Origin: Marsupella aquatica
Lineage: Eukaryota > Plantae > Marchantiophyta
Direction of reading: 5' to 3'
Length of the DNA: 64,000 bases
Assembly: GCA_973895155.1 (NCBI GenBank)
Contig: OZ316897.1
Location: forward strand, 12,051,832 to 12,115,831
Position numbers and translations under genes: made by a program
Notes under the pieces: model-generated
Database searches by the model: none
The model's input: only the letters and a program-made list of their open reading frames with translations
Told to the model about the DNA's origin: nothing
Part shown: positions 62,918-64,000 of the stretch, piece by piece
Layout of the letters: the number at the start of each line of letters is the position of its first letter
Position numbering within the stretch: the first letter of the stretch is position 1

Positions 62918-63654
62918 ATGATGGGGAATCCGGCCCCGCAGCCGCGCAGTAACTCGCCGAAGACGAATGCTAAGCCGAAGCATCGACACAGTGGATCAGT
63001 TTCCAACATTTCATTCACCTCTGAGGACCCCAAGCCTAAGCATCGACACACTGGATCAGTGTCCAACATTTCGTTTACCTCTGAGGACCTGAAGCCTAAG
63101 CATCGACATAATGGATCAGTCTCGAACATTCCTTTCACTCCGGAGGACCTGAAGCCAAAGCACCGACAGAGCGGATCTGTTTCCAACATATCTATCACTC
63201 CACCACCTGAGGAGCTGAGGGACCTTAAGCCAAAGCACCGACAGAGCGGATCTGTTTCCAACATATCTATCACTCCACCACCTGAGGAGCTGAGGGACCT
63301 TAAGCCAAAGCATCGACGCAGCGGATCGGTTTCGTCGAGCATTACCACCAATGCAGAGGACTTCATCTCGCCGAGTCGAGGGGACGCCAGCAGAAGCAAC
63401 AGTCCTTCGTCGTCGGTCCGGTCTTCCTTATCGGCCGCTTCTTTGAGGGAGAAGAGGAATAAGAGACGGACGCGCTCGTCGCTTGGCGGGACAGAAGATT
63501 TTGTCAAAGAGTTGGACTTCCTTACTACTCCGTTGCCTAATGGGAGAACTCCAGACAGTAGTAATACGCGCAAGGAGCCTAATGGGAGAACTCTCGACGC
63601 TAGTAACACGTGCAAGGAGCTTCTGAAGTCATCTCCCAGCCCACCATTTCCCGG
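62918..63654 (+). CDS. first coding exon of an unidentified Ser/Pro/Arg-rich protein with tandem KPKHRxSGSVS repeats; gene continues past the window
   Basis: Long ORF with six in-frame peptide repeats. CT-rich leader at ~62040, acceptor-like tctag at ~62822, probable donor CCCG|GTACAA at 63654. Confidence 0.6.
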
Positions 63655-64000
63655 TACAACTTCTTACCTTCCACATTCTTTCAGGAGCTTGCGAATTGTG
63701 AACGAAAGGCCAGTTTGAGGTTTGTGTGCTTCATGAGCATGTTGGATAGCCACATTGAAGTTTGTGCCCTTTTAATGTGAGTTGGAGGGCCACATAGAAG
63801 TTTTGCATGCTTTCTATGAATGTTGGATGACACATTGGAGTCATATGCGCTTTGTTGGAATTGCGGATGACAACACTGGAGTCTACTATATGTAATGTTG
63901 GAGAAGCTCATTGAGTTGTTCTAGGACAATTTGCCCGCACATGATACCTTATGCATATGTTTGCTCTCTTGACTTGTATTGCCGATATTGGATAGTATTT

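Overview
Eukaryotic land-plant nuclear DNA with GT-AG introns. A non-seed plant such as a liverwort is a plausible source, but that is inference. Gene islands are separated by AT-rich spacers full of repeats and transposon remnants. Supported genes: a DUF1685-like protein (+), a PAP16/PAP29-type metallophosphoesterase (+), a head-to-head pair of TORNADO1-like LRR-Roc-COR (ROCO) GTPase genes with intron-free coding regions (the minus copy carries one in-frame TAA), V-ATPase subunit G (-), EXECUTER (-), ALKBH6 (+), an intronless DUF615/YjgA organellar ribosome factor (-), and the first exon of a repeat-rich gene (+) at the right edge. Mobile DNA: a decayed PIF/Harbinger transposase interrupted by a solo LTR, an internally deleted Copia element, tRNA-derived SINE heads, MITE-like foldbacks and several minisatellites. 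The best candidate for an undescribed system is the divergent ROCO pair. It arose by inverted duplication. The Roc/COR core is strongly conserved while the exposed beta-strand residues of the LRRs are almost wholly replaced. Both copies keep an upstream CGCG/RSRE box, a 5'UTR intron and a candidate 3'UTR intron donor. Together this resembles a non-NLR paired immune-receptor locus (inference).
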